Positions 49,901 to 64,000 of a DNA stretch of 64,000 nucleotides are shown piece after piece (the stretch's first letter is position 1; every line of letters starts with the position of its first letter). The translations under genes were made by a program, and so were the position numbers. The notes beneath the pieces are model-generated. The model did not search any database and had not been told where the DNA came from. It saw only the letters and a program-made list of their open reading frames with translations. The stretch lies in assembly GCA_950097015.1 (NCBI GenBank), contig CATNEN010000007.1:7130001-7194000 (forward strand), written 5' to 3'. The stretch comes from Macrostomum hystrix. Its lineage: Eukaryota > Animalia > Platyhelminthes.

Positions 49901-52900
49901 GAGACTGTAGTGACTGCAAACTGTGAGACTGTAGTGACTGCAAACTGTGAGACTGTAGTGACTGCAAACTGTGAGACTCCAAACTGTGAGACTGCGGTGA
50001 CTGCAAACTGTGAGACTGTAGTGACTGCAAACTGTGAGACTGTAGTGACTGTAAACTGTGAGACTGTAGTGACTGCAAACTGTGAGACTGTAGTGACTGC
50101 AAACTGTGAGACTGTAGTGACTGCAAACTGTGAGACTGCAGTGACTGCAAACTGTGAGACTGCAGTGACTGCAAACTGTGAGACTCCAAACTGTGAGACT
50201 GCGGTGACTGTAAACTGTGAGACTGTAGTGACTGCAAACTGTGAGACTGTAGTGACTGCAAACTGTGAGACTGTAGTGACTGCAAACTGTGAGACTGCGG
50301 TGACTGCAAACTGTGAGACTGTAGTGACTGCAAACTGTGAGACTGCAGTGACTGCAAACTGTGAGACTCCAGTGACTGCAAACTGTGAGACTGCAGTGAC
50401 TGCAAACTGTGAGACTGTAGTGACTGTAAACTGTGAGACTGCAGTGACTGTAAACTGTGAGACTGCAGTGACTGTAAACTGTGAGACTGCAGTGACTGTA
50501 AACTGTGAGCCTGCAGTGACTGCAAACTGTGAGACTGCAGTGACTGCAAACTGTGAGACTGCAGTGACTGCAAACTGTGAGACTGTAGTGACTGCAAACT
50601 GTGAGACTGCAGTGACTGCAAACTGTGAGACTGCAGTGACTGTAAACTGTGAGACTGTAGTTACTGCAAACTGTGAGACTGTAGTGACTGCAAACTGTGA
50701 GACTGTAGTGACTGCAAACTGTGAGACTGCGGTGACTGCAAACTGTGAGACTGTAGTGACTGCAAACTGTGAGACTGCAGTGACTGTAAACTGTGAGACT
50801 GTAGTGACTGCAAACTGTGAGACTGCGGTGACTGCAAACTGTGAGACTGTAGTGACTGCAAACTGTGAGACTGCAGTGACTGCAAACTGTGAGACTGCAG
50901 TGACTGTAAACTGTGAGACTCCAAACTGTGAGACTGCGGTGACTGTAAACTGTGAGACTGTAGTGACTGCAAACTGTGAGACTGTAGTGACTGCAAACTG
51001 TGAGACTCTAGTGACTGCAAACTGTGAGACTGCGGTGACTGCAAACTGTGAGACTGTAGTGACTGCAAACTGTGAGACTGCAGTGACTGCAAACTGTGAG
51101 ACTCCAGTGACTGCAAACTGTGAGACTGCAGTGACTGCAAACTGTGAGACTGCAGTGACTGCAAACTGTGAGACTGCAGTGACTGTAAACTGTGAGACTG
51201 CAGTGACTGTAAACTGTGAGCCTGCAGTGACTGCAAACTGTGAGACTGCAGTGACTGCAAACTGTGAGACTGCAGTGACTGCAAACTGTGAGACTGTAGT
51301 GACTGCAAACTGTGAGACTGCAGTGACTGCAAACTGTGAGACTGTAGTGACTGCAAACTGTGAGACTGCGGTGACTGCAAACTGTGAGACTGTAGTGACT
51401 GCAAACTGTGAGACTGCAGTGACTGCAAACTGTGAGACTCCAGTGACTGCAAACTGTGAGACTGCAGTGACTGCAAACTGTGAGACTGTAGTGACTGTAA
51501 ACTGTGAGACTGCAGTGACTGTAAACTGTGAGACTGCAGTGACTGTAAACTGTGAGACTGCAGTGACTGTAAACTGTGAGCCTGCAGTGACTGCAAACTG
51601 TAAGACTGCAGTGACTGCAAACTGTGAGACTGTAGTGACTGCAAACTGTGAGACTGTAGTGACTGCAAACTGTGAGACTGTAGTGACTGCAAACTGTGAG
51701 ACTCCAAACTGTGAGACTGCGGTGACTGCAAACTGTGAGACTGTAGTGACTGCAAACTGTGAGACTGTAGTGACTGCAAACTGTGAGACTGTAGTGACTG
51801 CAAACTGTGAGACTGTAGTGACTGCAAACTGTGAGACTGTAGTGACTGCAAACTGTGAGACTGTAGTGACTGCAAACTGTGAGACTCCAAACTGTGAGAC
51901 TGCGGTGACTGCAAACTGTGAGACTGTAGTGACTGCAAACTGTGAGACTGCAGTGACTGCAAACTGTGAGACTGCAGTGACTGCAAACTGTGAGACTCCA
52001 AACTGTGAGACTGCGGTGACTGTAAACTGTGAGACTGTAGTGACTGCAAACTGTGAGACTGTAGTGACTGCAAACTGTGAGACTGTAGTGACTGCAAACT
52101 GTGAGACTGCGGTGACTGTAAACTGTGAGCCTGCAGTGACTGCAAACTGTGAGACTGCAGTGACTGCAAACTGTGAGACTGCAGTGACTGCAAACTGTGA
52201 GACTGTAGTGACTGCAAACTGTGAGACTGCAGTGACTGCAAACTGTGAGACTGCAGTGACTGTAAACTGTGAGACTGTAGTGACTGCAAACTGTGAGACT
52301 GTAGTGACTGCAAACTGTGAGACTGCAGTGACTGCAAACTGTGAGACTGTAGTGACTGCAAACTGTGAGACTGCAGTGACTGCAAACTGTGAGACTGCAG
52401 TGACTGCAAACTGTGAGACTCCAAACTGTGAGACTGCGGTGACTGTAAACTGTGAGACTGTAGTGACTGCAAACTGTGAGACTGTAGTGACTGCAAACTG
52501 TGAGACTGTAGTGACTGCAAACTGTGAGACTGCGGTGACTGCAAACTGTGAGACTGTAGTGACTGCAAACTGTGAGACTGTAGTGACTGCAAACTGTGAG
52601 ACTCCAGTGACTGCAAACTGTGAGACTGCAGTGACTGCAAACTGTGAGACTGCAGTGACTGTAAACTGTGAGACTGCAGTGACTGTAAACTGTGAGACTG
52701 CAGTGACTGTAAACTGTGAGCCTGCAGTGACTGCAAACTGTGAGACTGCAGTGACTGCAAACTGTGAGACTGCAGTGACTGCAAACTGTGAGACTGTAGT
52801 GACTGCAAACTGTGAGACTGCAGTGACTGCAAACTGTGAGACTCCAGTGACTGCAAACTGTGAGACTGCAGTGACTGCAAACTGTGAGACTGTAGTGACT

Positions 52901-55900
52901 GCAAACTGTGAGACTGTAGTGACTGCAAACTGTGAGACTGTAGTGACTGCAAACTGTGAGACTGTAGTGACTGCAAACTGTGAGACTCCAGTGATTGCAA
53001 ACTGTAAGACTGCAGTGACTGCAAACTGTGAGACTGTAGTGACTGCAAACTGTGAGACTGTAGTGACTGCAAACTGTGAGACTGTAGTGACTGCAAACTG
53101 TGAGACTGCGGTGACTGCAAACTGTGAGACTGTAGTGACTGCAAACTGTGAGACTGCAGTGACTGCAAACTGTGAGACTCCAGTGACTGCAAACTGTGAG
53201 ACTGCAGTGACTGTAAACTGTGAGACTGCAGTGACTGTAAACTGTGAGACTGCAGTGACTGTAAACTGTGAGACTGTAGTGACTGCAAACTGTGAGACTG
53301 CAGTGACTGCAAACTGTGAGACTGTAGTGACTGCAAACTGTGAGACTGCGGTGACTGCAAACTGTGAGACTGTAGTGACTGCAAACTGTGAGACTGCAGT
53401 GACTGCAAACTGTGAGACTCCAGTGACTGCAAACTGTGAGACTGCAGTGACTGCAAACTGTGAGACTCCAGTGACTGCAAACTGTGAGACTGCGGTGACT
53501 GTAAACTGTGAGACTGTAGTGACTGCAAACTGTGAGACTGTAGTGACTGCAAACTGTGAGACTCTAGTGACTGCAAACTGTGAGACTGCGGTGACTGCAA
53601 ACTGTGAGACTGTAGTGACTGCAAACTGTGAGACTGCAGTGACTGCAAACTGTGAGACTCCAGTGACTGCAAACTGTGAGACTGCAGTGACTGCAAACTG
53701 TGAGACTGCAGTGACTGTAAACTGTGAGACTGCAGTGACTGTAAACTGTGAGACTGCAGTGACTGTAAACTGTGAGCCTGCAGTGACTGCAAACTGTGAG
53801 ACTGCAGTGACTGCAAACTGTGAGACTGCAGTGACTGCAAACTGTGAGACTGTAGTGACTGCAAACTGTGAGACTGCAGTGACTGCAAACTGTGAGACTG
53901 TAGTGACTGCAAACTGTGAGACTGCGGTGACTGCAAACTGTGAGACTGTAGTGACTGCAAACTGTGAGACTGCAGTGACTGCAAACTGTGAGACTCCAGT
54001 GACTGCAAACTGTGAGACTGCAGTGACTGCAAACTGTGAGACTGTAGTGACTGTAAACTGTGAGACTGCAGTGACTGTAAACTGTGAGACTGCAGTGACT
54101 GTAAACTGTGAGACTGCAGTGACTGTAAACTGTGAGCCTGCAGTGACTGCAAACTGTAAGACTGCAGTGACTGCAAACTGTGAGACTGTAGTGACTGCAA
54201 TCTGTGAGACTGTAGTGACTGCAAACTGTGAGACTGTAGTGACTGCAAACTGTGAGACTCCAAACTGTGAGACTGCGGTGACTGCAAACTGTGAGACTGT
54301 AGTGACTGCAAACTGTGAGACTGCAGTGACTGCAAACTGTGAGACTGCAGTGACTGCAAACTGTGAGACTCCAAACTGTGAGACTGCGGTGACTGTAAAC
54401 TGTGAGACTGTAGTGACTGCAAACTGTGAGACTGTAGTGACTGCAAACTGTGAGACTGTAGTGACTGCAAACTGTGAGACTGCGGTGACTGTAAACTGTG
54501 AGCCTGCAGTGACTGCAAACTGTGAGACTGCAGTGACTGCAAACTGTGAGACTGCAGTGACTGCAAACTGTGAGACTGTAGTGACTGCAAACTGTGAGAC
54601 TGCAGTGACTGCAAACTGTGAGACTGCAGTGACTGTAAACTGTGAGACTGTAGTGACTGCAAACTGTGAGACTGTAGTGACTGCAAACTGTGAGACTGCA
54701 GTGACTGCAAACTGTGAGACTGTAGTGACTGCAAACTGTGAGACTGCAGTGACTGCAAACTGTGAGACTGCAGTGACTGCAAACTGTGAGACTCCAAACT
54801 GTGAGACTGCGGTGACTGTAAACTGTGAGACTGTAGTGACTGCAAACTGTGAGACTGTAGTGACTGCAAACTGTGAGACTGTAGTGACTGCAAACTGTGA
54901 GACTGCGGTGACTGCAAACTGTGAGACTGTAGTGACTGCAAACTGTGAGACTGTAGTGACTGCAAACTGTGAGACTCCAGTGACTGCAAACTGTGAGACT
55001 GCAGTGACTGCAAACTGTGAGACTGCAGTGACTGTAAACTGTGAGACTGCAGTGACTGTAAACTGTGAGACTGCAGTGACTGTAGACTGTGAGCCTGCAG
55101 TGACTGCAAACTGTGAGACTGCAGTGACTGCAAACTGTGAGACTGCAGTGACTGCAAACTGTGAGACTGTAGTGACTGCAAACTGTGAGACTGCAGTGAC
55201 TGCAAACTGTGAGACTCCAGTGACTGCAAACTGTGAGACTGCAGTGACTGCAAACTGTGAGACTGTAGTGACTGCAAACTGTGAGACTGTAGTGACTGCA
55301 AACTGTGAGACTGTAGTGACTGCAAACTGTGAGACTCCAAACTGTGAGACTCCAGTGATTGCAAACTGTAAGACTGCAGTGACTGCAAACTGTGAGACTG
55401 TAGTGACTGCAAACTGTAAGACTGTAGTGACTGCAAACTGTGAGACTGTAGTGACTGCAAACTGTGAGACTCCAAACTGTGAGACTCCAGTGATTGCAAA
55501 CTGTAAGACTGCAGTGACTGCAAACTGTGAGACTGTAGTGACTGCAAACTGTGAGACTGTAGTGACTGCAAACTGTGAGACTGTAGTGACTGCAAACTGT
55601 GAGACTGCGGTGACTGCAAACTGTGAGACTGTAGTGACTGCAAACTGTGAGACTGCAGTGACTGCAAACTGTGAGACTCCAGTGACTGCAAACTGTGAGA
55701 CTGCAGTGACTGCAAACTGTGAGACTGTAGTGACTGTAAACTGTGAGACTGCAGTGACTGTAAACTGTGAGACTGCAGTGACTGTAAACTGTGAGACTGC
55801 AGTGACTGTAAACTGTGAGCCTGCAGTGACTCCAAACTGTGAGACTGCAGTGACTGCAAACTGTGAGACTGCAGTGACTGCAAACTGTGAGACTGTAGTG

Positions 55901-58900
55901 ACTGTAAACTGTGAGACTGCAGTGACTGTAAACTGTGAGACTGCAGTGACTGTAAACTGTGAGACTGCAGTGACTGTAAACTGTGAGCCTGCAGTGACTC
56001 CAAACTGTGAGACTGCAGTGACTGCAAACTGTGAGACTGCAGTGACTGCAAACTGTGAGACTGTAGTGACTGCAAACTGTGAGACTGCAGTGACTGCAAA
56101 CTGTGAGACTGCAGTGACTGTAAACTGTGAGACTGTAGTGACTGCAAACTGTGAGACTGTAGTGACTGCAAACTGTGAGACTGTAGTGACTGCAAACTGT
56201 GAGACTGCGGTGACTGCAAACTGTGAGACTGTAGTGACTGCAAACTGTGAGACTGCAGTGACTGCAAACTGTGAGACTGCAGTGACTGCAAACTGTGAGA
56301 CTGCAGTGACTGTAAACTGTGAGACTGCAGTGACTGTAAACTGTGAGACTGCAGTGACTGTAAACTGTGAGACTGCAGTGACTGTAAACTGTGAGCCTGC
56401 AGTGACTGCAAACTGTGAGACTGCAGTGACTGCAAACTGTGAGACTGCAGTGACTGCAAACTGTGAGACTGTAGTGACTGCAAACTGTGAGACTGCAGTG
56501 ACTGCAAACTGTGAGACTCCAGTGACTGCAAACTGTGAGACTGTAGTGACTGCAAACTGTGAGACTGTAGTGACTGCAAACTGTGAGACTGTAGTGACTG
56601 CAAACTGTGAGACTCCAAACTGTGAGACTCCAGTGATTGCAAACTGTAAGACTGCAGTGACTGCAAACTGTGAGACTGTAGTGACTGCAAACTGTGAGAC
56701 TGTAGTGACTGCAAACTGTGAGACTGTAGTGACTGCAAACTGTGAGACTCCAAACTGTGAGACTGCGGTGACTGCAAACTGTGAGACTGTAGTGACTGCA
56801 AACTGTGAGACTGTAGTGACTGCAAACTGTGAGACTGCAGTGACTGTAAACTGTGAGACTGTAGTGACTGCAAACTGTGAGACTGCGGTGACTGCAAACT
56901 GTGAGACTGTAGTGACTGCAAACTGTGAGACTGCAGTGACTGCAAACTGTGAGACTCCAAACTGTGAGACTGCGGTGACTGTAAACTGTGAGACTGTAGT
57001 GACTGCAAACTGTGAGACTGTAGTGACTGCAAACTGTGAGACTGTAGTGACTGCAAACTGTGAGACTGTAGTGACTGCAAACTGTGAGACTGTAGTGACT
57101 GCAAACTGTGAGACTCCAGTGACTGCAAACTGTGAGACTGCAGTGACTGTAAACTGTGAGACTGCAGTGACTGTAAACTGTGAGACTGCAGTGACTGTAA
57201 ACTGTGAGACTGTAGTGACTGCAAACTGTGAGACTGCAGTGACTGCAAACTGTGAGACTGTAGTGACTGCAAACTGTGAGACTGTAGTGACTGCAAACTG
57301 TGAGACTCCAGTGACTGCAAACTGTGAGACTGCAGTGACTGCAAACTGTGAGACTGTAGTGACTGCAAACTGTGAGACTGTAGTGACTGCAAACTGTGAG
57401 ACTGTAGTGACTGCAAACTGTGAGACTCCAAACTGTGAGACTCCAGTGATTGCAAACTGTAAGACTGCAGTGACTGCAAACTGTGAGACTGTAGTGACTG
57501 CAAACTGTGAGACTGTAGTGACTGCAAACTGTGAGACTGTAGTGACTGCAAACTGTGAGACTCCAAACTGTGAGACTCCAGTGATTGCAAACTGTAAGAC
57601 TGCAGTGACTGCAAACTGTGAGACTGTAGTGACTGCAAACTGTGAGACTGTAGTGACTGCAAACTGTGAGACTGTAGTGCCTGCAAACTGTGAGACTCCA
57701 AACTGTGAGACTGCGGTGACTGCAAACTGTGAGACTGTAGTGACTGCAAACTGTGAGACTGTAGTGACTGCAAACTGTGAGACTGCAGTGACTGTAAACT
57801 GTGAGACTGTAGTGACTGCAAACTGTGAGACTGCGGTGACTGCAAACTGTGAGACTGTAGTGACTGCAAACTGTGAGACTGCAGTGACTGCAAACTGTGA
57901 GACTCCAAACTGTGAGACTGCGGTGACTGTAAACTGTGAGACTGTAGTGACTGCAAACTGTGAGACTGTAGTGACTGCAAACTGTGAGACTGTAGTGACT
58001 GCAAACTGTGAGACTGTAGTGACTGCAAACTGTGAGACTGTAGTGACTGCAAACTGTGAGACTCCAGTGACTGCAAACTGTGAGACTGCAGTGACTGCAA
58101 ACTGTGAGACTGCAGTCACTGCAAACTGTGAGACTGTAGTGACTGCAAACTGTGAGACTGTAGTGACTGCAAACTGTGAGACTCCAAACTGTGAGACTCC
58201 AGTGACTGCAAACTGTGAGACTGCAGTGACTGCAAACTGTGAGACTGCAGTGACTGCAAACTGTGAGACTGCAGTGACTGCAAACTGTGAGACTGTAGTG
58301 ACTGCAAACTGTGAGACTGTAGTGACTGCAAACTGTGAGACTGTAGTGACTGCAAACTGTGAGACTGTAGTGACTGCAAACTGTGAGACTGTAGTGACTG
58401 CAAACTGTGAGACTGTAGTGACTGCAAACTGTGAGACTCCAAACTGTGAGACTCCAGTGATTGCAAACTGTAAGACTGCAGTGACTGCAAACTGTGAGAC
58501 TGTAGTGACTGCAAACTGTGAGACTGTAGTGACTGCAAACTGTGAGACTGTAGTGACTGCAAACTGTGAGACTCCAAACTGTGAGACTCCAGTGATTGCA
58601 AACTGTAAGACTGCAGTGACTGCAAACTGTGAGACTGCAGTGACTGCAAACTGTGAGACTGTAGTGACTGCAAACTGTGAGACTGTAGTGACTGCAAACT
58701 GTGAGACTCCAAACTGTGAGACTGCGGTGACTGCAAACTGTGAGACTGTAGTGACTGCAAACTGTGAGACTGTAGTGACTGCAAACTGTGAGACTGCAGT
58801 GACTGTAAACTGTGAGACTGTAGTGACTGCAAACTGTGAGACTGCGGTGACTGCAAACTGTGAGACTGTAGTGACTGCAAACTGTGAGACTGCAGTGACT

Positions 58901-60730
58901 GCAAACTGTGAGACTCCAAACTGTGAGACTCCAGTGACTGCAAACTGTGAGACTGCAGTGACTGCAAACTGTGAGACTGTAGTGACTGCAAACTGTGAGA
59001 CTGTAGTGACTGCAAACTGTGAGACTGCAGTGACTGCAAACTGTGAGACTGCCGTGACTGTAAACTGTGAGACTGTAGTGACTGCAAACTGTGAGACTGC
59101 AGTGACTGCAAACTGTGAGACTGCAGTGACTGCAAACTGTGAGACTGCAGTGACTGCAAACTGTGAGACTGCAGTGACTGCAAACTGTGAGACTGCAGTG
59201 ACTGCAAACTGTGAGACTCCAAACTGTGAGACTGCGGTGACTGTAAACTGTGAGACTGTAGTGACTGCAAACTGTGAGACTGTAGTGACTGCAAACTGTG
59301 AGACTGCGGTGACTGCAAACTGTGAGACTGCGGTGACTGCAAACTGTGAGACTGTAGTGACTGCAAACTGTGAGACTGTAGTGACTGCAAACTGTGAGAC
59401 TGCAGTGACTGCAAACTGTGAGACTGCAGTGACTGCAAACTGTGAAACTGCAGTGACTGCAAACTATGAGACTGCAGTGACTGCAAACTGTGAGACTCCA
59501 GTGACTGCAAACTGTGAGACTGCAGTGACTGCAAACTGTGAGACTCCAGTGACTGCAAACTGTGAGACTGCGGTGACTGCAAACTGTGAGACTCCAGTGA
59601 CTGTAAACTGTGAGACTGCAGTGACTGCAAACTGTGAGACTGCAGTGACTGCAAACTGTGAGACTGCAGTGACTGCAAACTGTGAGACTGCAGTGACTGC
59701 AAACTGTGAGACTCCAAACTGTGAGACTGTAGTGACTGCAAACTGTGAGACTGTAGTGACTGCAAACTGTGAGACTCCAAACTGTGAGACTGTAGTGACT
59801 GCAAACTGTGAGACTGTAGTGACTGCAAACTGTGAGACTCTAAACTGTGAGACTGTAGTGATTGCAAACTGTAAGACTGCAGTGACTGCAAACTGTGAGA
59901 CTGCGGTGACTGCAAACTGTGAGACTCCAGTGACTGTAAACTGTGAGACTCCAGTGACTGTAAACAGTGAGACTGCAGTGACTGCAAACTGTGAGACTGC
60001 GGTGACTGTAAACTGTGAGACTGCGGTGACTGCAAACTGTGAGACTGCGGTGACTGTAAACTGTGAGACTCCAGTGACTGCAAACTGTGAGACTCCAAAC
60101 TGTGAGACTGTAGTGACTGCAAACTGTGAGACTGTAGTGACTGCAAACTGTGAGACTCCAAACTGTGAGACTGTAGTGACTGCAAACTGTGAGACTGTAG
60201 TGACTGCAAACTGTGAGACTCCAAACTGTGAGACTGTAGTGACTGCAAACTGTGAGACTGTAGTGACTGCAAACTGTGAGACTCCAAACTGTGAGACTGC
60301 AGTGACTGCAAACTGTGAGACTGCAGTGACTGCAAACTGTGAGACTCCAGTGACTGTAAACTGTGAGACTCCAGTGACTGTTAACTGTGAGACTGCAGTG
60401 ACTGCAAACTGTGAGACTGCGGTGACTGTAAACTGTGAGACTGCGGTGACTGCAAACTGTTAGACTGCGGTGACTGTAAACTGTGAGACTCCAGTGACTG
60501 TAAACTGTGAGACTCCAGTGACTGTAAACTGTGAGACTGCGGTGACTGCAAACTGTGAGACTCCAGTGACTGTAAACTGTGAGACTCCAGTGACTGTAAA
60601 CTGTGAGACTGCGGTGACTGCAAACTGTGAGACTCCAGTGACTGTAAACTGTGAGACTGCAGTGACTGTAAACTGTGAGACTCCAGTGACTGTAAACTGT
60701 GAGACTGCAGTGACTGTAAACTGTGAGACT
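43974..60730. repeat. 16.7-kb satellite of 21-bp units (GTGACTGYAAACTGTGAGACTGYA) with 15-bp variants and kb-scale higher-order repeats
   Basis: Periodicity is directly visible; about 800 units. Confidence 0.98.
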
Positions 60731-61317
60731 GGATGATTCGCTGAAACAGGTGCAGGTTTGCGTGTCAGTTGAGTTGGCCAGGTGACAGCAGGCCAGTAGG
60801 CCAGCGCAGGTATGAGATTTTCAAACCAATTAGCGTGATTGACACGGTTTATGGCTAATGGCAACTCATGGCTTACGGTGCCGCACTAAGACTTTAGTAG
60901 ATTGCGTGTGCCCACTACTTTAAGTGTGATAAGAAAGTGGAGGAGGCAGATAATAAATCATCTGTATGGTCGATTTGCGTGATGCTTGAATTGTGGGAAA
61001 TCCGGCTTAACGCTCGCATAGGAGGGTTTAGGGGGGCCGGTGCTAGATTATCTAATCTATTTTCAGCCTGATAGAATGTACTAGAGCCCGTTTTGTTTGT
61101 TTGCCTATAAAATTTAACCATTTAGTGATTAAGATAAGCCGTACCCTTTTTTCGGAAAACTTTCTCAGTTATTTTCCTTATTTCTCCTTATTTATCTCGA
61201 AGTCCAGATGGCCTATGATCAATCCTTTTGTCATTTAAAAAAGAATATTTTAAGCCTCAATTCCCCGGGTGGAGAATAATTTTCTAAATGTCCCAGAATC
61301 CCTAATACTACCAAAAG

Positions 61318-61972
61318 ATCCCACAATCACAAGCAGTTTCTAAACAATCCCACAATCCCAAGCAGTTTCTAAACCATCCCACAATCCCAAACAGTTTCTA
61401 AACCATCCCACAATCCCAAACAGTTTCTAAACCATCCCACAATCCCAAACAGTTTCTAAACCATCCCACAATCCCAAGCAGTTTCTAAACCATCCCACAA
61501 TTCCAAGCAGTTTCTAAACCATCCCACAATCCCAAACAGTTTCTAAACCATCCCACAATCCCAAACAGTTTCTAAACCATCCCACAATCCCAAGCAGTTT
61601 CTAAACCATCCCACAATCCCAAGCAGTTTCTAAACCATCCCACAATCCCAAACAGTTTCTAAACCATCCCACAATCCCAAACAGTTTCTAAACCATCCCA
61701 CAATCCCAAACAGTTTCTAAACCATCCCACAATCCCAAGCAGTTTCTAAACCATCCCACAATCCCAAGCAGTTTCTAAACCATCCCACAATCCCAAGCAG
61801 TTTCTAAACCATCCCACAATTCCAAGCAGTTTCTAAACCATCCCACAATCCCAAGCAGTTTCTAAACCATCCCACAATCCCAAGCAGTTTCTAAACCATC
61901 CCACAATCCCAAACAGTTTCTAAACCATTCCACAATCCCAAGCAGTTTCTAAACCATCCCACAATCCCAAAC
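61318..61972. repeat. 29-bp minisatellite (ATCCCACAATCCCAARCAGTTTCTAAACC)n
   Basis: Periodicity is directly visible. Confidence 0.96.
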
Positions 61973-62626
61973 ACAAAAACATCCTAGAATCCCGGAACGG
62001 CCATATCCAGTGTATAGACAGTGAGGGTCTCTCGCCAAGAGCAATCCATCTGGGATTTTCTGAAACCCGAGGCCATCAGAAAGGTCTCAAATCGACCGAT
62101 TCTTCTGCCCAATGAGCCAGTATCCATGCGCAGCAGCCGTCGCTCACATAGAAACAGGGGAAAGAAATATAGAAGCTCCGATCCAGACGGCTGCAGGAGC
62201 CTTGGTGCCTCAGTCGGCATCCCCTGTTCCACTGGCTACTGTCTTTCTTCCCACCGATAGCCGTGGGGCCCACTGTGGAGTCTCTGGCGTGACTCTTCCC
62301 CTAATCAGGGAGACTGCTCAGGGGAGGGGGAAATTAAAATGCCAGTCAGCCGCGGGGGTGTGGCAGGGGGTGGGGAACTAATAAGAAATCGGGCTGAGGC
62401 TGGCAACTCAATATCCCTACCCGGACAGCAGGCACGGCAGGTTCTGACTGCAGGGCTGACCAAATTGGCACTGAATGCCATGCCCAAATGAGGCAGGATT
62501 CTCCGCAGTATTTGAAGGGCCAGTCTCCCGAGTTGCATTAATGTCGATTTATTATCAATTTACTTGGCTGTCCGTTTATTAGAAAATACAATCAAATAGT
62601 AAAAACTGGCTGGCATTCACAGCACC

Positions 62627-63720
62627 CTGTCACTGAGGTTAGGTATACATTCACACCCTCTTGTCACTGAGGTTCGGTATACATTCACACCCTCCTGTCA
62701 CTGAGGTTCGGTATACATTCACACCCTCCTGTCACTGAGGTTCGGTATACATTCACACCCTCCTGTCACTGAGGTTCGGTATACATTCACACCCTCCTGT
62801 CACTGAGGTTCGGTATACATTCACACCCTCTTGTCACTGAGGTTCGGTATACATTCACACCCTCCTGTCACTGAGGTTCGGTATACATTCACACCCTCCT
62901 GTCACTGAGGTTCGGTATACATTCACACCCTCCTGTTACTGAGGTTCGGTATACATTCACACCCTCCTGTCACTGAGGTTCGGTATACATTCACACCCTC
63001 CTGTCACTGAGGTTCGGTATACATTCACACCCTCCTGTCACTGAGGTTCGGTATACATTCACACCCTCTTGTCACTGAGGTTCGGTATACATTCACACCC
63101 TCCTGTCACTGAGGTTCGGTATACATTCACACCCTCCTGTCACTGAGGTTCGGTATACATTCACACCCTCCTGTCACTGAGGTTCGGTATACATTCACAC
63201 CCTCCTGTCACTGAGGTTCGGTATACATTCACACCCTCCTGTCACTGAGGTTCGGTATACATTCACACCCTCTTGTCACTGAGGTTCGGTATACATTCAC
63301 ACCCTCTTGTCACTGAGGTTCAGTATACATTCACACCCTCCTGTCACTGAGGTTCGGTATACATTCACACCCTCCTGTCACTGAGGTTCGGTATACATTC
63401 ACACCCTCCTGTCACTGAGGTTCGGTATACATTCACACCCTCTTATCACTGAGGTTCGGTATACATTTACACCCTCTTGTCACTGAGGTTCGGTATACAT
63501 TCACACCCTCCTGTCACTGAGGTTCGGTATACATTCACACCCTCCTGTCACTGAGGTTCGGTATACATTCACACCCTCTTGTCACTGAGGTTCGGTATAC
63601 ATTCACACCCTCTTGTCACTGAGGTTCGGTATACATTCACACCCTCCTGTCACTGAGGTTCGGTATACATTCACACCCTCTTGTCACTGAGGTTCGGTAT
63701 ACATTCACACCCTCCTGTCA
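62627..63720. repeat. 34-bp minisatellite (CTGTCACTGAGGTTCGGTATACATTCACACCCTC)n
   Basis: Near-perfect periodicity, with no unique spacers. Confidence 0.97.
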
Positions 63721-64000
63721 ATTAGGTTCTGTGTCGCGGCATCAGGTTTACTGCAGAATAAGAGGCAGTCATTTTTACTGACTCGCACGCAGCCGAAGGC
63801 AGCCAGCTGTGTTGGGTTGCCATGTGGCTGCATTTACTAGTTAAGGGCAAGATATCAAGTTCACATTAGAAAGAAATAAAAAGTACTGTCATGAATGACG
63901 AACGGAAGACGCCCACGACTGCATGACCATGTAAGGTCTTTTAGAGGCCTATATAGTCACTTACTTCAAGGCGTGTGAGTCTGAATAATAGTACAAGATG

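Noticed and set aside
43954-60623. Giant ORFs of 4721, 5493 and 2479 aa, and others
   Set aside because: They are translations of a 21-bp satellite, open on both strands with no ATG context, so they are not called as CDS.
61984-62273. Coding-looking unique segment after the 29-bp array
   Set aside because: Short frames are open on both strands, with no recognisable domain or consistent splice pair.
62627-63720. CRISPR-like repeat lengths (34 bp here, 29 bp at 61318-61972)
   Set aside because: Units are head-to-tail with no unique spacers, there are no cas genes, and the context is eukaryotic.

Overview
Eukaryotic (metazoan) genomic DNA with GC-rich spliced exons and introns and intergenic DNA packed with minisatellites. 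This style suggests a flatworm such as Macrostomum, which is an inference only. Three multi-exon genes can be rebuilt with consistent GT-AG phases: a PLEKHG5-like DH-PH RhoGEF (+, ~3810-11911, with a possible extra upstream exon at 1783-2154), RICTOR (-, 14233 to at least 23187) and a NAT16-like GNAT acetyltransferase (+, 25561-27648). At 28634-30033 lies a frameshifted Crypton-type (DUF3504-like) tyrosine recombinase. It sits in a structured non-coding region: six copies of a bipartite motif CAYAGACA-N7-CGTGCAMCAA in both orientations, a ~100-bp nested hairpin with a GTA triloop, and a ~215-bp palindrome. This is the most interesting part of the window. The window also holds TIR-bearing MITE-like elements, a tRNA-derived SINE and about 20 tandem arrays, including a 16.7-kb 21-bp array and a 3.8-kb 16-bp array with higher-order structure. 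Most long ORFs in the track are repeat artefacts. All homology calls come from recalled motifs, not from database searches.
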